This document shows positions 11,350 to 23,314 of a DNA stretch of 51,427 nt, piece after piece. Below the pieces are notes generated by a model that worked only from the letters and a program-made list of their open reading frames with translations, searched no databases and was not told the DNA's origin. The stretch's first letter is position 1. Every line of letters starts with the position of its first letter. The DNA is from Guillardia theta CCMP2712 (lineage: Eukaryota > Protista > Cryptophyta), in contig NW_005434598.1 of NCBI RefSeq assembly GCF_000315625.1, positions 7,098 to 58,524 on the forward strand, written 5' to 3'. The position numbers were made by a program, and so were the translations under genes.

Positions 11350-14300
11350 TCAACTACCCTCGTGCTCATCGCTGCCAGAGATGAAATCTTCATCGTCATG
11401 GCTTCGAATGTATTCGTCTACGTACGCTGCATTAACAAGATAGAGGCACAACAAAGAATTAGATAGGAAAGGAAAGAGAAGAGCATTCCACCTGGGGGTT
11501 CGTCGTAATTAGGGCAATCAGATCCCCCGTCTTTCTCCAAGCTTGTGGAGCATTCGCTAGACGGCTTACGGACCTGCTTGAGTTTCTTACTGTTCGTTCC
11601 AATCTATCGCAAGTCATCAATACCGACAACTCCTGAGCCGACATTTCCGCAAAATTTTTCCTGTAGAATTATCACAAGACTTCAATTCTATACATATCTT
11701 ATACTGGAAATTGGGACGATTGCCTTGCAGATAATCTATCACCCGTTGCTTGTAGACATCAGCAAAATTGTTTTGAACCGCTCGCTTGACATTAGCAAAC
11801 CCATCTGCTAGAATTCCGGTCATGGTTCGCTTGCCGGATCGAGTAAAATCTCCTTTCAGTGCCTGTGTGGTTGTGAGTCGAAATGGGAGAAGAGGAACAA
11901 AGTCACCCCCGTTCCAGCATATTGATGTGAGATTGCATCGCCCATATCAGCCCAGATCTCTCTAAAGGATGACTCCAGCTTGGGAAAGGGGAGATCATAT
12001 CCATGCTGAGAAGCATAACGACAAGCATCGATGTCTCGCTCCCCCAGCAAACCATGTCGTTGCAATTGTTCTAACAGAACCTTCTTTCCAATGGCAGCTT
12101 GTAGGACGTTTGTTCTGTCCAGGCAATCAATGCAATTTACGCGAAAAAAAGAGTTCTGCTGCATTCTGACTTGAGCTGTCTGACTTTCTTCATGTTGAAC
12201 AAGGTGCACGTTGTTATGACACAAGGAATCGATCTTCTTCAGAAGTTTTGTGATCTGTTCACGCGATTCTCCTGTGGCTGATTTGCCACAATGCTTATGG
12301 AAGTCAAATGGCTCGTAAATGACAACCTTCAAATTTTCTTCCATCTCCTTCATCATGTATTTACCGTAGGCTTTGCAGATCTCTCCTTCAACGCCGTGAT
12401 GATCTATCAAATTCAGAACTCCAATGTCACCATAATTTGCATTCAAGAAAGCAAAGTGCTTCTTCATAGCAACGTCATGAGGTCCTTGGATCAGCGTTGG
12501 AGTTGGTTTGAGTGTAACAAGTGCCTCTCTTTCCTGCCAATACAAAGGAATCGAACCTCGGATCAGCTCGTAGCTACTTGTGAAGCCTTGGGATACCAGA
12601 ATCTGCTCACTCACAACAAAGTTCGAGACATAACCATTCTCGTCAACACCTCGACTGAAAAAACGTACTCCTGATCTGAACCGACATCTTCTTGATATTA
12701 AGGCGAGGGTGCAAGATTGACTTTTGACTTTTGTTGTGACAATTTTACAAAATCCGCATACAACCGGCACAAGAATGGAGCCTGACTTGAACCTTTTGGG
12801 TGGGTCTCCTTTGTTCAAATTACTGAGAATTTTGAAATTCCATACAAAGCCGTCAGATATGTTCTGCGAGCAATTAAAGGAAAGCCTTTGTTGAGATTTT
12901 GCGACGTCGAAATCTGGTGAAAAGAATAATTGGTAGCTACTGAACAGCTCTCGGAGCGTCGAGTATTCTCTGTCATCGACATTACGCATTTCGTCTTCGT
13001 CTTCTGGGATCGGAGGACCGGAAGACACAGGTAGTATTTCGATGCCTGTCACAGTAAAAATCTGACCCTGAGGAAGCTGTCCAGTACACGTATAGTTTGA
13101 AATGATGATGAGATAAGTCGCGTGAGACAAATCGACCATCCCAAGAACACCGAAAATTCTCTTTGTGACGACATCTTGGAGTTGCTGCACTTTCCCAACC
13201 TCAGGTGCAGGCAACCACTCAGCAACTTTGGTCTGTTTCCATACAACAAGAACATTCGACGAGATATCTTCAGTTTCACTCTGAACGCAAGTCACGGATG
13301 CATCAAATTGTTGACGTGAAAAGATGAAACAATCTTTGGTATCATAGAAATAAATGACGGGAAGGCCTTGAGTTTTCGTTTCTTCAACAATCGATGAAGC
13401 TACAATCTCATTCGGCATGCTCAGAGAAGCAGGAACGGGTGCGGTTTTGGTCAATGTTAAAGTTGCTGACACGGGGCGGTGGTCAGAACCCAAAAGTTCG
13501 TGTCGACGATAAGTGCTTGAAGAAAGCTGAACTTGATCGTTGGTCCTATACAGAATCCTGTCACACCATGCAGGTGTGCGCTTTAGTCTCCCATCTTCTT
13601 TCGTGGCAAAGCGATTGTCCCAAGTTTCCAATTTGTATGTTGGAACAAAATTCAATGGGGGTTCACAGAAACCTTCGCAATAAATCAGGATTTGACATCG
13701 CTGCATAAAGAGTGAATATTGTTCACCATTGAATACTTCATCGCTTTCCATCCACATACAAAGTTGGTCAAACGAGGACAACAGCGAAAAATTCATGTTT
13801 TGTATTAGGGAGAGGACCTGGAAGGAAAGATCAGAAACGCCCATGCAGGCTCTTTCATTACCGCATTGTCCGGTAGGTTGATTCGATAATTGAGATCTCC
13901 AATCCATATCACAACGTCCTAAAAATCCACGCAAATTACATTTCACATCAAGAGGAATACAAAATCAACATGGTCGTTGATTCGAAGGGCGGTTGGCGAT
14001 TCTTCAGCAGCGCCTTCCTTTTCAGTCTTGGTTTGTAAGGCAAATATCATTCATGAACTCAGAACTAATAAGAGTCACCCCCCAAAATTTGGAGATCTTG
14101 TCAAACATTTTGCTTCCAGATCGATCGAGCATTCCACTGGCAGACCTGAAAATTCTAGGTGCAACTCCGAGGTTTGATTCGCTTTGTACCTTGCAGTCTC
14201 TGTCAGAATTTCCTCAATGGGTGAGAGAAGGCATACTCTTTTGAAAGGGCTGATTGGATGCTGCAAATTCGAGGTAGTAGAATCTCCCTCTCTGACATGT

Positions 14301-15494
14301 TTAGATTCATACGTGTGTTCAGCACATGCAACTTCGTCGGAAAACAATATGTTTGCGATTTCTTGTGGGTTGGACACCAAGTCGGAGTCAAAAAGGTCCT
14401 GATTCTTGATCGGCAAAATTTCTTCTTCAAAATTCAGTCGATTAATCTAAAAAGTTGACGTGACTTGGAACCATGGCATTGAATAAATATCCTCACAAGC
14501 TCACGATAATCTTGATTCCTCCGTTTCACCTCGGACACTTGAGCAGCCAAATGACTGCAGACACAGCAAATTCGGATGTCCTCAAGTTTGAATCTCACTC
14601 CCACCTGCAACTTGAAGTAAGATGCTTAACTTGTGGGTGCATGGGATATCGTACTCCTCCTTTGTTTCCTCCTTGGTTCAAGAAACCAGTCCCTAGCTCA
14701 GCCACTCTGATCTCTGATATCTGTAATACGACATTAGATTTCGCAAAGTAGAAGAGTTGTGAAATCACGCTTGATGCCAACTCGGACCGCACAAGTACTG
14801 TGATATATCTGACATAGACAGTTGTCTTTCACTCGAGAGATAATCCTACACTTGACGACACTCACATGCCAACCATCTGGCGAACCGCCACGCATCGGAA
14901 GCGTTTAGGACAACCAAGCTGAATGTTCGTAGGATCAGCAACTACAAGACCACGTGTAGGAAAAGAAGTTCTGCTCACAGCGCATTGAATCACTTTTGAC
15001 CATTGTCGGCCTTTCTCCTCGTCTGTGAGGAGAGCGCTGGCACCACTTAGATCCTGCACTTCTTGCAATCTACATAGATATGAGATCAAAGGAGAGCAAA
15101 AAAACGAGAGCGCATATCACCCGAGTACGTATACGTCAATGTCCTCTCCTTCCGTAAGTGGCCACAACCACTCTTCTACCTGCATTCAGGTTGTCACCAG
15201 TCCCACCCGGTCTTGATTGAAGGCAACCGGAACAGCAGGAGACTTTCCGTTTACGTTCCAAGTGCCGCAGAAGAAGCGGAACTTGTTCTTCTGCGGCAAC
15301 GAGGAAGCTAATCTGTGCCGTGCTGACGCCTCTAATGCGGACTCCCTCGCATCACCCCCCCGCAACAAGAGAGTCCCTACCACATCTTTCCTGGCATGGT
15401 GGGGGTGACCTAGAGGGCTTGCAATAGGAGTGAACGCAAGAAAGAAGAGAGCAGGTAGTGATGTTATGCGATGAGCCGATATCGAGCAAGACAT
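11350..15494 (-). CDS. Phosphoinositide phosphatase: N-terminal inositol polyphosphate 5-phosphatase + C-terminal SAC1 domain, with hydrophobic leader and LLLRGG
   Basis: 5-phosphatase motifs GTWNVNG, LQEV, GNKGGV, SHLAA, RRNQDY, WIGDLNYR (about 13880-13910), PTYK, PAWCDRIL, SDHRPV. SAC motifs RGVDENGYVSNFV, RGSIPLYW, catalytic RVNCIDCLDRTN, QYAGTG, RSGKRT. Confidence 0.9.
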
Positions 15495-15619
15495 CTCCAG
15501 TCCTCACGCAACCATCGCTTCCCTGCTCTGTCTCAAGCTCTCAACCGCATAGCGCGAGCATCCAAGCCTAGTACGGCAGTCCTGCCTTGAACCTGCTTGA
15601 ACACTGTCTAGCAATTCAG

Positions 15620-16010
15620 TGAGGTGGGCTTTTTTCCGGGCCGCCCGGCCGCGCCGCCGCCGCCGGCCCGGGCCCTCGGACCGTACCTGGCCGGGTCCGA
15701 TGGTCGGTACCGGGCCGGGGTCAGGTGACTGAGTTGCTGCTGAGGACAAGTGACGGTTCATATGCGGCGAGCTTACCGGGCCGGTACTGTGAAGTGGCGA
15801 CGGCCGGGCACTTGAGTGAGCTGAGCCTCAGGCGTCGGCGGAGAGTCGGCGGGGCCGCAACTTCATGGTTCACTGAGTCATTCAATGTGATTCGGACGTC
15901 CGGGCCAGACTCTGAATGACTGGCTGATTAAAATTCCAAGGCTTTACTCAAAATTAAGTTAAAACTTGAATCATCTCCTGTACGGCCCACTGGGCCAGTG
16001 CCCCGCGATT
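15620..16010. other. GC-rich micro-palindrome intergenic element, copy 4
   Basis: ggcccgggcc, cggtaccg, cggacgtccg, gactgagt, cactgagtca. Lies in the divergent gap between the phosphatase and the collagen-like gene. Confidence 0.7.
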
Positions 16011-16186
16011 CCGCATCGTATTAAAATTCCAGTACCAGCCTGCCAATAGTGATATAAATTTGTACCATATTACATTATGTATTATAAGTATTGTAAAACA
16101 TTGCAGGTACGTCATGTAGCTACCGCTACTTGTATACAAGAATGTTTTTACTCGATTCCCATCGAGCGAAGAGTCATTTGCCTTTT

Positions 16187-18997
16187 ATGGCCACTGCGGG
16201 AGAGGAGAAGCCGCTGATGGCAGGTGAGCGAAGTTACAAGGTCAATCGCTTTGCTCTGTTAGAACAAGATGTTGTGAACAGCTATTTGCATGATATTGCT
16301 CGTTGTATTGTCTGAGAGGATATGACATGTCATGGGACGAAAAGGTGCACTTCTTCCCAACAGAAGCGAGTCAAGAACGCGATGGATATCAGCAAGTCTT
16401 TTGTTGATGTTGGCTAGCAGCGTATTCTTGATCTCATTGAAGGTACTTTCAAATCGTTTGTCCCGGCTCCGGCATAATTTTTAACCACTCCGAAGGTTTC
16501 TCAACCGAGTACATTACACAGCAATTCGGACAAGCTCTCACTATACCAGGTTGGGGATCAAGAATATTTGTCGATGGACTCCGGAACGCCGGAAGACATG
16601 GTATTCAACATGGGCTACGCTGATTGCAAGTACTGAAATACATTTCAAGGCTATGAGTGTATCCAAAATGTTATCAAAAGAGATGATAACACTCAAGAAA
16701 ATTGAAAAAGAGGCCAAAAAACACAGGCGTGTTCGCATCGATATACAGGTTTGCTATCTTTGATCCGAGCCTGCCATTCATATGCGTGTGTGCGTGTGAT
16801 GGTGAGCTCGCAGGCTGGACAGATTGGGGTTCGAGGATCCCCCGGTCCCATGGGATACCCTGGGCCAAAAGGCTTTCCGGTGACGTGTGCCAGCAGAAAG
16901 GACGGTCCTGACCTTCGAATCTCAAGGGACCACGAGGGCCACGAGGATATACAGGGGAAAGAGGAGACCGAGGCAAGCCGGGTATTGAGGGGATCAAGGG
17001 TCCAAAAGGAGTGGATGGAGACAAGGGACCGCATGGACCAACTGGCGAGCAGGTAAATGATCATGGGAAAGGATCACGATGATCTCACACTCATGCACTT
17101 GCAAGGGAGAACGAGGACCTCCTGGCCTCCCTGGCCGGATGGGAAGAGAAGGCGAACGTGGTCCAGAAGGAGATCTAGGAAAGAGTGGTGATCCAGGTGT
17201 ACCGGGCAAGCCAGGTGCTCCTGGGGAGGAAGGTTGACAAGTTACACCACCCTGCTTGCTTTCGACTCAAGATAGGTTTTAACAGGCTCAAGAACAAGTG
17301 ATGGTGGCGATAGAGGCCCGGCTGGTCCACCTGGTCCACCTGGACCTCCAGGGAGCGACGGGACCGAGGTCTGACGACTTGCTCACATCGCTGAGCACCT
17401 GTAACTGAAGCACCGTACAGGGATTGAGAGGCCCCAAAGGTCCTCAAGGCCAACAAGGGCAGACTGGTAAGAACGGCCCCCCCGGGCCCCCCGGCCCCCC
17501 TGGACGAAATGGCAAAAGTTTGTGCGGAATTGAATCGACCCTTGGAAAAGACTTGTGCTGTGGATCGACAACTGCATTTCAAAGGGGTATGCAATCGTTC
17601 CTGCGATAGAATATTATTTTGACTCGAACATCTTCCTCAGGTGCTTCAAACAGAGAGCACTACGTCGATGTCGATGTGAGCAAGTGTGACTTTCAGGGTC
17701 AACCACAGTTCTTCACGACTTTGCATGGTGAATTTAAAAAGATGTCTGTCAATATGAGCAACATGAAGTGAATACTCAACAGGAACTGGGTATCATTACG
17801 AATCATATTCCCACATGAATATCGTCAATGCAAAGGAGGATTTTGTGAATCCTGCTCGATTCCGAGTCTACATAAACACTATCATACCTATCGACGATTC
17901 AACGATCAGGGGGAACAAGTGGGAGCTTCGGTAGGCAATCTTGTCTTCATCTAGATAGCACTGACGGTGCAATGTCTCAACAAGATGGTGCGGCTATGGC
18001 TTTCCAAAGGCGCATAAAAAGCCAATCACATACAGCGTGTGTTGCGGGAGTTCGAAAGCAGGCCAGTTCACCAATATCGACTCGCAGAGCATTATCGCAG
18101 ATGTTGACACAAGCGGGTAAGTGTTCTATATTTGGTTGTCAATCTTTGTCGTCCGATGTAGGGCATTCTGACGACTCCATGATTTAGCTGTGGCTGGAAG
18201 GGAGGAAATCCGTCTTATTTTACATCTCTCACTGACACGTCGTGTGGCAATGAATTGAGAGGTTATGGCAAATGTGCTGTCGAGGTTTTGATTGAATAGT
18301 CTTTTAATATTTGCTTGTGATATTCAATCACAGGCCGTGGGCGCACAAGCAATCTATTCAAGCACCAACTCAAAATTCAGAGTTTACCTCCATAGTATGC
18401 CAGGAGCTCCACTATTCCGAGCTTCAAACGCCAGAGCCAACAATTGGCAGATAAACTGGTGCGGAGTGAAAGAAATGGATGAAGACGAGATGAAAGATGC
18501 CGGGGCTGGATTTCCATGTGATTTCATTTATGAAAGGGGTGCGTTTATCTGAACAATCCGAAGGCACTGCCCCAAGGCTTTTGAAAGGAGATGGCGACCA
18601 AGGAGTGTACACGAATAACGGTCAAATATGCTGTGATGTGTCCAGGTATTTTGCGTTTTGTTGGATTAGACGGCTGAAGAACATATTTAAGTCCGTCTGG
18701 TTGGAAACCAGCAGGGTCTCAATTCATTTCCAAGGAAGTGGACATCGGGGTTTGTGGCTTCAAGAAAGTCCACTACGTCATCACCAATCTGAGGGGTGAT
18801 CACCCGGTAGATAAGACAGCAGGAGGTGGAGCGTGGTCAGCCGCATCAGAAGACGGCAAGATAAGGTATTTCAAAGATATGTTCAATCGTCATTGATAAC
18901 TCTCTTCAGCTTGTATATTTGGACAGGAGGAAAATACAAATTTTACAACGCTCGTAAGTATAATTGGAGGGTTCAATACTGTGTATACGGGGCATAA
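16187..18997 (+). CDS. Type II membrane collagen-like (Gly-X-Y) protein with three C-terminal Cys/Trp-rich repeated modules
   Basis: TM segment [19 protein letters not shown]. Gly-X-Y exons at about 16814-17512 ([44 protein letters not shown]). Three modules of the form CC..VDV/T/I..C.F/W...FTTL/FTSL/ITNL...W...W/YC. Stop TAA at 18995-18997. Confidence 0.8.
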
Positions 18998-19138
18998 AGC
19001 AACGTCGTTACTTCATATGCTCCTGTGCCTTCTCGCATTTGTTTTTCACCAAGACTTAACAAAGCTTCGATTTCATCCACGTCAAGTGTTGCTGTCTTGC
19101 AATCAGGGGCTGGCTGAAGACTCCAGATCGCAATCACA

Positions 19139-20289
19139 TTATTTGGAAACGGCAACTTCAAATTTCGGCACAAAGATCATTCTTCGAAGATGGCATCTGG
19201 ATACGAAGTTCTGAAATCGAAGTTTGCTCCTTCTAATCCGAGAATCATCATACCGCAGCAGAGCAAGGAAGAGGCTGACCTTCTCTTGAACTTTTTTCAG
19301 TTCGTAATCGAATCTCGAAAACATCAACAGGTGCTGAAAACGTTTCCGTGTAGCAGTCACTAGGCAACAATCTGTTCCATACCCTCGAAACACAAAAGCT
19401 CTCCAGAACACTGTCGAAGAACATCCGTTCGAATCTAGCCCTCGGCTTGTACGCCATGAGAATAGTTGTCTCCGGACTGCAAAGCTGTCGTAGAGTTTTC
19501 AGCAAGGGAGGGAAAAGCGCCTCATCTCCACATCCCACCACGTCACTTGCAACTGTAGAAATCACAAAGATTGTAACAGCGTAATGGAAGAAATCAACTT
19601 TCACCAATCAAATTCATTCTATCTCGCAAAAGGCTCTTGGACAGTTTCTGCCCCCACAACAATTCCTGAACTGTTATGTCACCCCGAGCCATCTATGACA
19701 CGTCAGGGCGCACAGAGGCATTTGAGACTCTCACAGAATCTGCAGCATTCTCCATTGCGTTTGCTTGCATGAGAGGCAAAGCGAAACATTTATCTGTCAG
19801 AACGACACTCGCCCCCAGCTTTGCGCAAAGGATTCCGACCAAACCGGTACCTTGAAACGACAGAAATAAACTCACCAGCCCCCGCATCGCCCTCCCCTCG
19901 CCACCTCCGAATCGAGAAAATGCATCGACAAACCTGATCCAAGTTCAATCACCCGCATTCCTTTCATCCCATGTTCGCCAAAATGATTGAGAATGTATTC
20001 AGATAGAATGATGGCAGCATCCCAGACTCTCCCGGCTGGACTAGCATGGTATCAACAAACCTTCGTGGAAGGGACTGCCGGGGAGAGGCACTTACCCACA
20101 ACTTCCCACGTTCTCAAAGATGGTCAATTGTGAATGCGATCTGTGGTTCTCATGACTAGTGAGACGGATAGTTCTCGCTGTACGCGTACTCGGACCCTTG
20201 TCTTCTACCTCTTCTTCCGCTTCTTCCTCAAGCCGTCTCTTCCTTTTCCTCACCATTTTCTGTAAACTCTCGCCGAGGTGAGCTTGCAT
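19139..20289 (-). CDS. METTL21-like (family 16) protein-lysine methyltransferase
   Basis: VWDAAIILSEY, motif I VIELGSG/TGLVG, VVLTD, ELLWG, ASDVV, LMAYKPR. The 3' end is approximate. Confidence 0.85.
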
Positions 20290-20309
20290 CCATGCAAGAA
20301 TGTGTTAGC

Positions 20310-20800
20310 ATAGGGGGTATGTTTGACATACCTTGTGGGGGTAGGGGTAGTAGCGGTTATCGCTAGATGGCGCGACGGGATCAGAGGTAGCAGTGGACGA
20401 AGGGGTAGTCAAAGCTACAGGGGTGGATATGCCTTGGTTTGGGTGGGTGGGGTGGGTGATGAAGTGAAGTGTAGGGGACTTCCAATGGTGGGGTCCGGGT
20501 GGGGTTGTTGACCAAAGGCGGGTAGGGTATATTTGTTATGGATGTTTGTCGAGGTAGGGGTCATTTTGTCATTAGTGGGGTAGGGGTCTATTTTTCCAGA
20601 TGCACTTCAATCATGGGGGACGATCCAGGGATGATTGTTAGATGCGGGTAGTCTAATGCGGGTAGTGGTGGGAGGAGGTCTGCGACAAGGGTGGGGCGGG
20701 CGAATCATTCGGGGGTCCACAATAATCTGAGGGGGTTATTATATAAATCGAAGGCCTGATGGGGTGTGATAGAGGGGTGGGTAGGGTTGGTGATCTGGAG
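20310..20800. other. GGGGT/GGGTA-rich strand-skewed intergenic tract in a divergent gap
   Basis: Repeated ggggtag, gggtggg and gtgggg words with low C on the + strand, between divergent methyltransferase and ARL1 genes. Confidence 0.6.
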
Positions 20801-21478
20801 AGTTCTGCGGATGCGATGGCGCGACAGGGAGCGAGGAAGGAGGATGAGGAGACGGGAAAGACGGAGGAGCAAGTGAAGGAAACCCTCAAACGTCCAGCTG
20901 CTATGATCTCACTTAGAGAGTATCAGCACTCAGGTCAAAGTCAATGTTAAAAGCACGGGAAGCATAGAATAACAAAAATGTCACTACTTGGTTGGAAAGC
21001 AAATGGGATCTCCGATTTAGAATAGAAGTTCTCATCAACACTGAGAAGAAGAAGCTGAGACAATTAGCAAAACTATATTTAGAATAGTGAGGCTGGGGTT
21101 TATCTAAGGGCAAATACTCGTTTCCTTGCAGACACCACATTCGCAGCCCATGAAAATTACTTCTGAAAGAATGGCAAAATCATTAATCCCAAGACGACGG
21201 AGATTTTTACAACAATGTGGCATAGATCAAATGATTGATTTATAACTCTTCTCGTTTCAGTAACCTAAACCCTGTTATAATGTTTTTTTCTTGGGGATCT
21301 GACTCATTGCTTTCTGATCGCAGTTGATCCATTTGCATGCTTGCTACCGAATAGTTTATGCCAGACAAGAAATCAGACGCAAAGTGTGAGATTCGTGAAG
21401 TAGCAGTCAACTTTCCCGGAAATTCAAGCTCCGTGAATCAGTGCAAAGAGTAGCTCAGAAGCAGAATCAATTGACTAA

Positions 21479-22435
<957 letters not shown>

Positions 22436-22609
22436 ACAGGGAGTTGAGAACCAGAACGTTTATGCGTATTGCGTGTTCTTCTCAGTTCGAGTGGGAAAGG
22501 TTAGGACTTACATATAAAACAAAGTGGCTTCGACGGAGAGGATAAACTTCCGAAGAATCGCTCACTTGTTCAGTGTTAACGAAGAGTGATGATTGGACCT
22601 CACTCATAT

Positions 22610-23130
22610 TCTACTACTAGTAACTAGTGACGACGATGGCTTCAATAGACCGGCGGTCCAAGCCTGAATCACCCCTGCCCAGGCTGACTCGGTCTCGCCG
22701 CCGGCCCGGGTAGTCACAGACGGTCACTGGCTCAGTGCTGTGGGCTCAGTCACGGCGGCTGTAGGCAATCAGTCACCGTCACGGCTTCACACCGTGACAG
22801 GCCGTGACTGTCCGATCGGTCAACGCGGGGCTGCCAGCCGCGCGGCCTCGCCGCCGCCCGGCATGAGACCGCCGGACCGGCAGGCCCTCTGAGCGGGGCC
22901 GCCCCGATCATCGGGGCCCGGATCGCCGCGGTCGGAGAGTGACCCGGTGCCGCCGGCGGCCGATTCCGGGCCGACCGGAGTCCGCCAGACTGTGTGGCCC
23001 GGCACTGCAGTGCGGCATGACTCGAATTGCCGGGCCCGGCCCGCGGCCGCCGCCGCGGCACCCGGAACTCAGCCCGGCCCGTGTCACAGTGCCTGCTGCC
23101 TGATTGCCCGGACTGTCCGTTTATATTCAA
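22610..23130. other. GC-rich micro-palindrome intergenic element, copy 5
   Basis: gccccgat-c-atcggggc hairpin, gccgggcccggc, gcggccgc, cactgcagtg, actagt x2, and many gtcac/gtgac words. Confidence 0.7.
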
Positions 23131-23314
23131 TGCAGATGATGGCAGTTGAATTTGACGAGAGCGAACAGTGCAGTTGACTGCGAAGAGGCCGGGCGAGGTG
23201 AAGCGAGGCAAGGAGAGGAGAAGGAAAGTATACTAGAAAGTGATTGAAGTCGTACTGAGATCATAGTACACCTGAAAGCAGACTGAGAGGTACGATCTTG
23301 TCAGAAGGCTGTGA

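Noticed and set aside
21255-21275. Telomere-like taacctaaaccct
   Set aside because: A single imperfect unit, expected by chance.
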